Shown: positions 1 to 8,022 of the stretch, piece by piece
Layout of the letters: each line of letters begins with the position of its first letter
Position numbering within the stretch: position 1 is the first letter of the stretch
NCBI GenBank assembly: GCA_947085825.1
Contig: CAMTXX010000039.1
Span: forward strand, 12,343 to 76,342
Source: an uncultured Nitrospira sp.
Lineage (GTDB): Bacteria > Nitrospirota > Thermodesulfovibrionia > Thermodesulfovibrionales > UBA6898
Direction of reading: 5' to 3'
DNA: 64,000 bases
Made by a program: the position numbers and the translations under genes
Notes under the pieces: generated by a model
What the model was told of the DNA's origin: nothing
The model's input: only the letters and a program-made list of their open reading frames with translations
Databases searched by the model: none

Positions 1-1200
1 ATGCTTTCTCAACGTGCAACAAAGATTAAACCATCACCGACTCTTGCAATAGATTCGAGGGCAAAATCCATGAAGGCCTCGGGTATTGATGTTATTAATT
101 TTGGTGTAGGAGAGCCTGATTTCGATACACCGGAGAATATAAAAGAAGCAGCTGTGAAGGCCCTGAAGGATGGATTCACAAAATACACCCCGGTTGGCGG
201 TATAGATCCGCTTAAGGATGCGATTATAGAAAAGTTAAAGGTTGACAACGGCCTTTCTTACAAAAGGGAAGAAATAATAGTCTCCTGCGGAGCAAAGCAC
301 AGCCTTTATAATATTGCGCAGGCACTTTACGGCCCTGGAGATGAAGTAATCATTCCTTCTCCTTACTGGGTATCGTATCCTGACCAGGTATTGTTAAACG
401 ATGCAACTCCGGTTTTTGTTAAAACGTATGTATCTGATTCATTTATGGTCAGGCCTGAGGCTCTTGAAAAATGCGTAACAAAAAATACCAGGGCCCTTAT
501 CCTGAATTCACCTTCTAACCCGACGGGGATGATTTACGATAAACAAACTCTGGAAAAAATAGCCGAATTGGCCGTCAAATATAATTTTTATATTATATCT
601 GACGAAATTTACGAAAAACTCATTTACGACGGCGCCAAACACGTCAGCATAGCCTCGCTGGATAACGAGGTGAAAGAAAAGACTATTGTCGTAAACGGTT
701 TGTCAAAATCCCATGCAATGACAGGCTGGAGATTAGGGTATGCTGCAGGTCCTGCCGATGTAATAAAGGCCATGACAAATATCCAAAGCCAGTCAACTTC
801 TAACCCGAATTCCATTACACAAAAAGCTGCAATTGAGGCCCTGACAGGTCCTCAGGATTTTATCAGCATGATGCTCAAGGAGTTTGATAAAAGAAGACGT
901 TATATCGTAAGTGAGCTTTCTGCCATAAAAGATATTACCTGTGCGATGCCTTCCGGCGCTTTCTATGCCTTCCCCAATACAGCCCGGATTTACGGGCGCA
1001 GGTTCGGAGACAAAGAGATATCTTCTTCACGCGAGCTTGCTCTTTACCTGCTTGAAGAAGCAAAGGTTGCCCTGGTTCACGGTGAAGCGTTCGGAGATGA
1101 TGATTATGTAAGACTTTCCTATGCAATATCTCTGGATGATATCAGAAGAGGCCTTGAAAGAATCAGGGAAGCGATAAATAAGCTGGAAGTTTTGCCTTAG
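1..1200 (+). CDS. Aspartate/aromatic aminotransferase (class I PLP-dependent)
   Basis: 399-aa ORF. It carries GVGEPDFDTP, NSPSNPTG and the PLP-lysine motif SKSHAMTGWRLGY, which are typical of AspAT family Ib. Confidence 0.9.
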   Translation: MLSQRATKIKPSPTLAIDSRAKSMKASGIDVINFGVGEPDFDTPENIKEAAVKALKDGFTKYTPVGGIDPLKDAIIEKLKVDNGLSYKREEIIVSCGAKHSLYNIAQALYGPGDEVIIPSPYWVSYPDQVLLNDATPVFVKTYVSDSFMVRPEALEKCVTKNTRALILNSPSNPTGMIYDKQTLEKIAELAVKYNFYIISDEIYEKLIYDGAKHVSIASLDNEVKEKTIVVNGLSKSHAMTGWRLGYAAGPADVIKAMTNIQSQSTSNPNSITQKAAIEALTGPQDFISMMLKEFDKRRRYIVSELSAIKDITCAMPSGAFYAFPNTARIYGRRFGDKEISSSRELALYLLEEAKVALVHGEAFGDDDYVRLSYAISLDDIRRGLERIREAINKLEVLP

Positions 1201-2085
1201 ATGACAGAGTCTTTTCGTTCCGGATATGTTTCGTTTATCGGCAGGCCTAATGTCGGGAAGTCAACGCTTTTGAATGCTGTTCTGGGACAGAAGATCGCTA
1301 TTGTTGCTGACAGACAGCAGACAACCAGAAACAGGATATTGGGAATAAAAAACTACCCTGAGGCACAGATTATTTTTGTGGATACCCCTGGTATCCATGA
1401 GCCAAAACACGCTCTGGGGACTATTATGGTCAAGACAGCAAGGGAAGTCTTAAGTGAAATGGATCTGGTTGTTTTCGTTGCCGAACCTCACTCTATTGAC
1501 AAGGACAGATATATTATTGAATCTTTCAAAAACCTTGATAAACCAGTGATACTCCTGATCAACAAGATAGACAAAATCAAGAAGCCGGAGATATTATCGC
1601 TTATTAATGACTACAGGAATATTTTTCCCTTTAAAGAGATTATTCCGGTATCTGCCCTCAAGCATGACGGGATCGATCTTTTCCTTGTAAAGGCGCTTGA
1701 GTATCTTCCGTATGGCCCCAAATATTTCAGTGATGATCTTGTCACGGACCAGATGGAAAGATTTATGGTTTCGGAGATTATAAGAGAAAAAATCGTCGGA
1801 AGCACCTCTGAGGAAATACCGCATTCCGTTGCCGTTGAAGTTATCAATTGGACCGAAAAGAAAGACGGACTGGTAGTAATCGGGGCCAATATTTATGTTG
1901 AAAGAGAGGGGCAAAAAGGTATAATAATAGGGCATAAGGGGAAGTTATTGAAGCATATTGGGACTATGGCCCGTTTGGATATTGAAAAGCTTCTGGATGC
2001 AAAGATATTTCTTGAATTAAGGGTAAAGGTGAAAAAAGGCTGGCGTGATGATAAAAAGATGCTTGATGAATTGGGATACAGATAG
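1201..2085 (+). CDS. era: GTPase Era
   Basis: 294 aa. G1 GRPNVGKST, G3 DTPG and G4 NKID are present, with a C-terminal KH-like region (VERE..KGIIIGHKG). The start abuts the upstream stop codon. Confidence 0.95.
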   Translation: MTESFRSGYVSFIGRPNVGKSTLLNAVLGQKIAIVADRQQTTRNRILGIKNYPEAQIIFVDTPGIHEPKHALGTIMVKTAREVLSEMDLVVFVAEPHSIDKDRYIIESFKNLDKPVILLINKIDKIKKPEILSLINDYRNIFPFKEIIPVSALKHDGIDLFLVKALEYLPYGPKYFSDDLVTDQMERFMVSEIIREKIVGSTSEEIPHSVAVEVINWTEKKDGLVVIGANIYVEREGQKGIIIGHKGKLLKHIGTMARLDIEKLLDAKIFLELRVKVKKGWRDDKKMLDELGYR

Positions 2086-2538
2086 ATGCTTGTAGAAATG
2101 AGGGTGGAAGGCCTGCTCTTTGATCCGAGAAGCAACATGTATATTCTTTTGCTGAAACAAACAGACGGCCCAGGTACTCTTCCGATCTGGATCGGCAAGC
2201 CGGAAGCTGATTCGATTGCGTTAGCTCTTGGAAAGGTGGCAACCCCGAGACCATTGACCCATGATCTGGTCAAAAATATTGCTGATGGTCTCGGAGTAAA
2301 GATCGTCAAAATAGTTGTTACCGAAATAATGGATAATACATATTATGCACTTATTTATCTGAATGACGGAAAAAAGGAAACCTTGATAGATTCCCGTCCG
2401 AGTGATGCCGTGGCTGTTGCTTTGAGGGCCGGCGTTCCTATTTTTGTGGAAGACAGCATCATGACAACACGCTCAGCCGACGAGCTTGATGAATGGCTCA
2501 AAAATCTTAAACCGGAAGATTTCGGAAATATTATGTAA
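2086..2538 (+). CDS. Bifunctional nuclease (DUF151/BFN) family protein
   Basis: 150 aa. Typical BFN pattern: LPIWIG..EA..IA, RPLTHDL, DSRPSDAVALA. Sits between era and recO. Confidence 0.75.
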   Translation: MLVEMRVEGLLFDPRSNMYILLLKQTDGPGTLPIWIGKPEADSIALALGKVATPRPLTHDLVKNIADGLGVKIVKIVVTEIMDNTYYALIYLNDGKKETLIDSRPSDAVAVALRAGVPIFVEDSIMTTRSADELDEWLKNLKPEDFGNIM

Positions 2539-3269
2539 TGCTGCAAAGAACAGAAGGCATTGTCTTAAAGACCAACCTTTTTGCAGAAGCTGATCTCATA
2601 GTCACATATATTACAAAAGACTGCGGAATAGTGAAAACCTTTGCGAAAAGCCCACGCAAAATCAAAAGCAGGTTTGGCAGCAGTTTAGAGCCTCTTACGT
2701 ATTCGAAAATATCCTTTTGGGGAAAAGAGGACAGCTCCCTGCCCAGGTTAATTCAGTCTGATATTGTTTATCCCTTTCATTATTTGCGGAGTTCGCTAAG
2801 CTGTTTTTTGAAAGTTTCCGAGATTTTCGAGTTAACATTGAATTTTGTGCCTGAAAGAGAGGCAAGCAACAGGGTCTATTCCCTCCTTATCGATACACTC
2901 CGGGGGATGGAATTGGATTGTAAAGCAAAACTGTCCATGCTTTTTTATAAGATAAGACTTCTTGAGATTGCCGGATATCTGCCGGGGCTGAACGGCTGCG
3001 GACGATGCGGCCAAAAAGGGAATGTATTTTATTTTTCACAGGGGACTATTTTATGCGGCAAATGTTCAACAGATCATGCCCGGTCAAGCAGTATTTCCCC
3101 TGCTGTGAGAAGCTTCTATGGAAATCTGCTTGATTGGGATATAACAAAATTGGGACGTTTAAAACCTGCAGAAAAAATCGTACAGGAACTAACGGCAATT
3201 ATTGACGAGCATGTAAAATATATAACAGAAAAAACGCTTAAAACAAAAACTTTTAGAATTTCTTCCTGA
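2538..3269 (+). CDS. recO: DNA repair protein RecO
   Basis: 243 aa. N-terminal OB-fold signature (EGIVLK...ADLIV) and a C4 zinc motif CGRCG...CGKC. Conserved era-recO synteny. Confidence 0.85.
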   Translation: MLQRTEGIVLKTNLFAEADLIVTYITKDCGIVKTFAKSPRKIKSRFGSSLEPLTYSKISFWGKEDSSLPRLIQSDIVYPFHYLRSSLSCFLKVSEIFELTLNFVPEREASNRVYSLLIDTLRGMELDCKAKLSMLFYKIRLLEIAGYLPGLNGCGRCGQKGNVFYFSQGTILCGKCSTDHARSSSISPAVRSFYGNLLDWDITKLGRLKPAEKIVQELTAIIDEHVKYITEKTLKTKTFRISS

Positions 3270-3271
3270 TA

Positions 3272-3814
3272 TCAGGGTTCTCTCAGTTTTTCTTCCTCTT
3301 CCTGGAGGGTTTTGCAATCAATGCACATTGTTGTGACCGGTCTTGCTTCAAGTCGCTGGATATTGATCTCATTTCCGCAATCCTCACAGATACCGAAGAC
3401 TCCGCTTTCAACACGTTCAAGCGCCTGATCAATTTTCTTTAAAAGACGCTGTTCCCTGCCCTTCAGGCGTAACATGAAATTCCTGTCAGTTTCAGCAGTA
3501 GCCTGATCTCCCAAATCAGGAAAAATAGTCTGTCCCGGCAACTCGTTCAGGGCTGCTTCGGCTTCATTCAAAAGCATTTCTTTCTGCTGAAGCAGTTTCA
3601 GCTTGATCTGATACATTTTTTCATCACGAACGGAAAGTCTTTGCGCTGGTTTCCTGACGGATTTTGTCGTCTTTGTAGTTTTTGGGGATGCTTTCTCTTT
3701 TTTCGGCGATAAAACAGTCATCTGCTTCTTCACTGAAGTCTTTGCTGTTTTTACTGAAGAAGTTTTTTTAACTTTTTTATTAACAGTTTTTTTGGTTTGT
3801 TTTACAGTGGCCAT
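3272..3814 (-). CDS. DksA/TraR-family C4 zinc-finger regulator with a Lys/Thr/Ser-rich basic N-terminal tail
   Basis: 180 aa. C-terminal CEDCG...CIDCK zinc finger, coiled-coil region with a tip motif D-L-G-D-Q-A (DxxDxA), and a first ~60 aa that are K/T/S-rich. Confidence 0.8.
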   Translation of the reverse strand: MATVKQTKKTVNKKVKKTSSVKTAKTSVKKQMTVLSPKKEKASPKTTKTTKSVRKPAQRLSVRDEKMYQIKLKLLQQKEMLLNEAEAALNELPGQTIFPDLGDQATAETDRNFMLRLKGREQRLLKKIDQALERVESGVFGICEDCGNEINIQRLEARPVTTMCIDCKTLQEEEEKLREP

Positions 3815-3863
3815 ATCCGCTCCTGTTTTGAATTTTGATAGCCTAACAAAAAAAATCCCGGTT

Positions 3864-3900
3864 AGTCAAGAAAGCCGTGATTACAGAAAGCCATGATTAC
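3864..3900 (-). promoter_or_regulatory. Putative -35 (TTGACT on the minus strand) abutted by two tandem 16-nt direct repeats, upstream of the dksA-like gene
   Basis: On the plus strand, AGAAAGCCGTGATTAC (3869-3884) is followed by AGAAAGCCATGATTAC (3885-3900), 15/16 identical. AGTCAA at 3864-3869 is TTGACT on the gene strand. Confidence 0.35.
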
Positions 3901-3935
3901 GGATTATTAGTTTGCAGCTTTATTATTCATTAGTT

Positions 3936-4439
3936 TTATTTGAAGGCATTCTGAATTTTCATGAAATTAATCAATGCTTTTCTGCTTTCCGAATCGATGT
4001 TCAGAAATTTTATTCCAATGCCTGCATCTTCATCCGGCACATTATGAATGTTAATATGAATAACCTCTCCTTCAATTATTAATGGTTTATTAAATCCCGG
4101 CACCTCGAGAGATAAATCAACTATATCGTTGATTTCATGACTTCTTTTGGTATTAATAAATGTACCGCCTTTACTGATATTTTTGGTGTATTCGGTGATA
4201 AATTCATTAAAACTTTTGTAAGAGATTTTAAGGCTTGCATTAAATCTTTTCTCTCTGCGTTCATTTTCAGCAGGTAATTCTATATGTTTTACAGAAGATA
4301 TGTCGATCAGAGCGCCGCAGGACGGACAAGGGAATTCGGGAAAAGGGTTTTGTTCGATGTATGCGTCGGTGATAACCCCTTTGCACTCGGGACATTGTTG
4401 TTTTTCCCTTTTAAAGACTTCGTCTGAATTTATAAGCAT
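3936..4439 (-). CDS. PilZ-domain c-di-GMP receptor with an N-terminal zinc ribbon
   Basis: 167 aa. CPECKG...CPSCG ribbon, then PilZ motifs RREKR (RxxxR) and NISKGG (D/NxSxxG). Confidence 0.75.
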   Translation of the reverse strand: MLINSDEVFKREKQQCPECKGVITDAYIEQNPFPEFPCPSCGALIDISSVKHIELPAENERREKRFNASLKISYKSFNEFITEYTKNISKGGTFINTKRSHEINDIVDLSLEVPGFNKPLIIEGEVIHINIHNVPDEDAGIGIKFLNIDSESRKALINFMKIQNAFK

Positions 4440-4641
4440 AAATTATTATATTTTAATGTTTAATAATTATTCAATAACATGCCGGATACAGAGTTGGCAT
4501 TAGATTATAAAATCAACCGCAACCATGTTTTATGTTTGTTTTCCTGACATTAGATTGAGCAATAACTTGCCGGATTGTTTTATTATAAAAAGGCTCTTTC
4601 TCAAATTGAATGGGTAAAGTGTTTAGGAAGTCTTTTTTATT

Positions 4642-4691
4642 CCCCTGCCTAAGGCACCTACTTCTGGCTTAAAAAAGGGGGATACAGGGGG
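4642..4691. repeat. G/C-run palindromic intergenic element
   Basis: CCCCTG (4642-4647) pairs with CAGGGG (4685-4690). GGGGGATACAGGGGG lies in otherwise AT-rich DNA. It shares the CCCCTGCC motif with the element at 21012-21102. Confidence 0.35.
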
Positions 4692-4732
4692 TTGTTTAAA
4701 ACAATCAGTATAAAATAACCTTAAAACATGCA

Positions 4733-5527
4733 ATGGCATCCATGAAAAAGAAAAAATCTCTTTTAAAACGCGTAATCCTGTTATTGACGATACTCCTTTT
4801 CTTATTTGCAGCTTTTCATTTTGTATATCCCGATGTGTCGGAACTCAAGGGGAAAAATCCTGATAAAACATCTTTTATGGTATACAGAGAGAAACAATGG
4901 CAGAGGGAAGGTAAAAAATACAGGATTAATCAGAAATGGGTCCCTCTGAGAGCCATATCCCCCTATCTTGTTAAGGCTGTATTGATCGCTGAAGATGACA
5001 AATTCTGGAGTCATGAAGGGTTTGACTATGAAGCCATGCTAAAAGCGATCGAAAAGGATATTAAGGCAAAAAAGTTCAAGTTTGGCGGAAGCACAATCAG
5101 CCAGCAGCTTGCAAAAAACCTTTATCTTTCACCCTCAAAGAATCCGGTAAGAAAAATAAGGGAAGCTATTATCACATGGCGAATTGAAAAGGCCCTTACA
5201 AAGAAAAGAATACTCGAAATATATCTCAATGTAGCAGAGTGGGGCGATAGGGGTATCTTCGGCATTGAGGCTGCATCAAGAACTTACTACGGCAAACCGG
5301 CATCTGCACTGGGCGCTGAGGAAGCCGCACGTCTTGCTGCCGTACTTCCCAATCCCAGAAGATTTAATCCCCTTGGCAATTCAAGGTATGTTGTTCACCG
5401 ATCCAACCTTATTTACAATATTATGGTCAGAAGGGGGATAGTTGTTCCAGAGTATGAGGAGGTGTCTGAACCGGACGACAGCACGGGCGATCAGGAGAAG
5501 CTGCCGGAATCCCCTATGACAGAATAA
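4733..5527 (+). CDS. mtgA: Monofunctional peptidoglycan glycosyltransferase (GT51)
   Basis: 264 aa. N-terminal TM helix plus GT51 motifs AEDDKFWSHEGFD, GGSTISQQLAKNL and RKIREA. Confidence 0.9.
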   Translation: MASMKKKKSLLKRVILLLTILLFLFAAFHFVYPDVSELKGKNPDKTSFMVYREKQWQREGKKYRINQKWVPLRAISPYLVKAVLIAEDDKFWSHEGFDYEAMLKAIEKDIKAKKFKFGGSTISQQLAKNLYLSPSKNPVRKIREAIITWRIEKALTKKRILEIYLNVAEWGDRGIFGIEAASRTYYGKPASALGAEEAARLAAVLPNPRRFNPLGNSRYVVHRSNLIYNIMVRRGIVVPEYEEVSEPDDSTGDQEKLPESPMTE

Positions 5528-5594
5528 GCGCAACAGAAGGAGAATAATAGAAAAATGAAATTACGGCAGGAGTACAAAACCTTTAAAAATGCGA

Positions 5595-5622
5595 ATGCCG
5601 TCTTTTAGGACGGCATCTTTAC
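5595..5622. terminator. Possible bidirectional hairpin terminator
   Basis: ATGCCGTC-TTTTAG-GACGGCAT is an 8-bp stem. Weak T tracts follow on both strands (CTTTAC on plus; a T5 run 5 nt after the stem on minus). Confidence 0.4.
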
Positions 5623-5701
5623 TCCTTCTACACATGGCAGATGAGCTGATTTGATTATGACTGATAAGAACGGAGAAATAAAATAAATAATTATAATAGA
5701 G

Positions 5702-5893
5702 TTATAAGTTAATAGGAGCACAAACAGCAATGACAGCCTTTAATTTTTTCACTGCGCTCTTCGAAAGCTTGGGATACTGCGTAAGCACGCCTTCGACAGC
5801 GGTTGAGGAAGAGACCGATTGATAGAGCAGGGCTTTGCCCAATTTAGGGTCTTTCAGATACGGGTTTGTTTCTTTTAACGATTTCTTTTTCAT
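5702..5893 (-). CDS. Small hypothetical protein, possibly an orphan VbhA-like (Fic-inhibitory) antitoxin
   Basis: 63 aa. NPYLKDP...SSSTAVEGV contains an S-x-x-x-E-G match to the Fic inhibitory-helix motif. No Fic gene follows it. Confidence 0.35.
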   Translation of the reverse strand: MKKKSLKETNPYLKDPKLGKALLYQSVSSSTAVEGVLTQYPKLSKSAVKKLKAVIAVCAPINL

Positions 5894-5985
5894 GTCTTAT
5901 TATACAGGATTGAACGGCTGATTACATAAGAAAATAGCTGGGTTTTTCTCGAAACTGATAGAATAATAGCAAGGAGGACAGCGCT

Positions 5986-6174
5986 ATGGAAATACTGAAG
6001 ACAAAACTGGAGGGGCTTATTAAAGATCTTCCTGAAAAGGTAGATGTAGAAGATGTAATGTATCGGCTGTATGTTCTCCAGAAGATTGAGGCCGGAGAAA
6101 AAGACATTGCCGAAGGAAGGTCACTTTCTCATAATGATGCCGTTGAAAGGCTCTCAAAGAAATGGCAAAACTGA
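5986..6174 (+). CDS. Type II antitoxin-like small protein (partner of a RelE/ParE toxin)
   Basis: 62 aa. The pattern EDVMYRLYVLQKIEAGEKDIAEGR..SH is typical of small addiction-module antitoxins. It overlaps the toxin remnant by 13 nt. Confidence 0.55.
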   Translation: MEILKTKLEGLIKDLPEKVDVEDVMYRLYVLQKIEAGEKDIAEGRSLSHNDAVERLSKKWQN

Positions 6175-6299
6175 ACAGAGAGCTGTTGCTTGGAAATTAC
6201 CGGATAATATATCGCTATGTCGCTCCAGAGGATTCTGTTAAAGTTGTTACTGTGATTCATGGAAGTCGGCTTCTGAAGGAAGCGCACCTGAATGAATAG
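6162..6299 (+). pseudogene. N-terminally truncated RelE/ParE-family toxin remnant
   Basis: My own translation gives [45 protein letters not shown]. Only the C-terminal half (YRIIYR...V.HGSR) of an ~90-aa toxin is present. Confidence 0.5.
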
Positions 6300-6325
6300 G
6301 TTGCTATTCATTTAGACTACTGAAA

Positions 6326-6796
6326 ATGAGCAAAATCACTGAAAGCGATATAGAGCTTTTTATTATTGAAGAACTGGAAAGGTTGGGCTATCAGTTCCTT
6401 TACGGGCCTGATATTTCTTGCGATGGCCTGTTTTCGGAAAGGCAATCTTACCGTGATATAATCCTTGCCAACAGGCTCAGGGCCGCCATCCGGAAGTTGA
6501 ATCCCAACATCCCGCCAGATGCTCAGGAACAGGCCCACCGCGCAGTGCAGCGTATTAATTCCCCGGACCTGCTTGCCAATAATGAAGCCTTTCACCGCTA
6601 TCTCGTCGAGAAGGTCAAGGCCAATGCGTCCATTGACTGGACGATCCGGGAAAGCGCAAAGGCGAAGCTGATGGTCCTGGTGAAAAGGACATTGACCAAA
6701 TACGGCTATCCGCCTGATATGCAGCAAAAAGCGGTTGATACGGTTCTGAAGCAGGCGGAGTTGCTGGCGAATTATTTTGTCAGCGGGGAACTATAG
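6326..6796 (+). pseudogene. hsdR: Type I restriction enzyme HsdR remnant (N-terminal domain fused in frame to the C-terminal tail; helicase/nuclease core deleted)
   Basis: Residues 1-~97 ([30 protein letters not shown]...[11 protein letters not shown]) look like the HsdR N-terminus. Residues ~100-156 ([46 protein letters not shown]) look like the HsdR C-terminal DUF3387 region. Total length is 156 aa, against ~1000 aa for an intact HsdR. Confidence 0.7.
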
Positions 6797-6843
6797 GCAA
6801 ATGCCGGGCTTATGCAGCCCGGACTAAATTACAAATGTCCTTA

Positions 6844-8022
6844 CTAAGATGATGGACAGCTAAGTTTTTCCCTGCCAAAAGGTGATAATTGGCGCAATTC
6901 TTTTATTATAGCCGGCATTATCCTGATTACTTTACTGATTTCTTCATCTGTATTGTAACGGCTGAGTGAAAAACGTATTGAACCATGCACTGCGGTAAAA
7001 GGCACCCCCATTGCTCTTAAGACATGGGAAGGCTGCAGAGACCCTGAAGTGCACGCAGAACCGGAGGAAGCGCAAATATTATGTTCATTTAATCTCAGCA
7101 AGATCGCCTCTCCCTCAATATATTCGAAACTCAGGTTTGTAGTATTTGGAAGTCTGTTTTTTATATCTCCATTTACCCTGACATCAGGACAACATTTCAA
7201 TAAGGCCTTTTCAAGTTTATCACGCAAAGCGCTCAGATATTGTATCTCTTCTCCCGGATTTTTTTGAGCTAGTTGACATGCCTTGCCCAGGCCTATTATA
7301 GAAGCAACATTTTCAGTGCCGGCCCGCCTTCCTCTTTCCTGGTGCCCTCCGATTATGTAAGGAGCGAATCTTGTTCCTTTTCTTACATACAGTGCCCCCA
7401 CACCTTTGGGAGCATGAAGTTTATGACCGGAAAGAGAAAGCATATCAACCGGGAGTGTCTTTAGGTCTATAGGGATTTTTCCAACAGCCTGAACAGCATC
7501 TGTATGAAACAGAATTCCCTTTTCCTTGAGTGTTTCGGATATCTCTTTAATCGGAAATATGACCCCTGTTTCGTTATTTGCGTACATGATAGACACCAGT
7601 GCAGTATCTTCATCGATAGACTTCAAGAGCAAATCCATATCAAGCTGCCCATGATTGTTCACCGGCAGATAGGTAACCCGGTATCCCTTTCGTGCCAGAT
7701 GATGACAGAAATTCAGGACAGCCGGATGTTCGACCCTCGTTGTGATCACATGTTTCTTGCGGGGAAATGATTCAGCAGCGCTCATTATTGCGGTATTATC
7801 ACTTTCTGTGCCGCAGCTCGTAAATATTATCTCTTCAGGCAATGCTCCGATGAGTAATGCAACCATTTCCCTCGATTTCTCTATTTTTCTATGCAGTTGC
7901 CCGCCGAACGTATGCATGCTTGAAGGGTTGCCATAAAAATCTGAAAGAAACGGCAGCATCTCCTGGAACACTTCCTGTGATATTTGTGTCGTGGCATTAT
8001 TATCAAGGTAGATCGTGTTCAT
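6844..8022 (-). CDS. nifS: Cysteine desulfurase, NifS type
   Basis: 392 aa. YLDNNATT, SGHKLHAPKGVGALYV (PLP-Lys) and SSGSACTSG (active-site Cys). Overlaps nifU by 4 nt. Confidence 0.9.
   Translation of the reverse strand: MNTIYLDNNATTQISQEVFQEMLPFLSDFYGNPSSMHTFGGQLHRKIEKSREMVALLIGALPEEIIFTSCGTESDNTAIMSAAESFPRKKHVITTRVEHPAVLNFCHHLARKGYRVTYLPVNNHGQLDMDLLLKSIDEDTALVSIMYANNETGVIFPIKEISETLKEKGILFHTDAVQAVGKIPIDLKTLPVDMLSLSGHKLHAPKGVGALYVRKGTRFAPYIIGGHQERGRRAGTENVASIIGLGKACQLAQKNPGEEIQYLSALRDKLEKALLKCCPDVRVNGDIKNRLPNTTNLSFEYIEGEAILLRLNEHNICASSGSACTSGSLQPSHVLRAMGVPFTAVHGSIRFSLSRYNTDEEISKVIRIMPAIIKELRQLSPFGREKLSCPSS

Noticed and set aside
5555-5608. A 17-codon ORF (MKLRQEYKTFKNANAVF) after mtgA.
   Set aside because: AAGGAG lies 12 nt upstream, which is too far. 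The ORF ends inside the terminator-like hairpin, and I recognise no motif.
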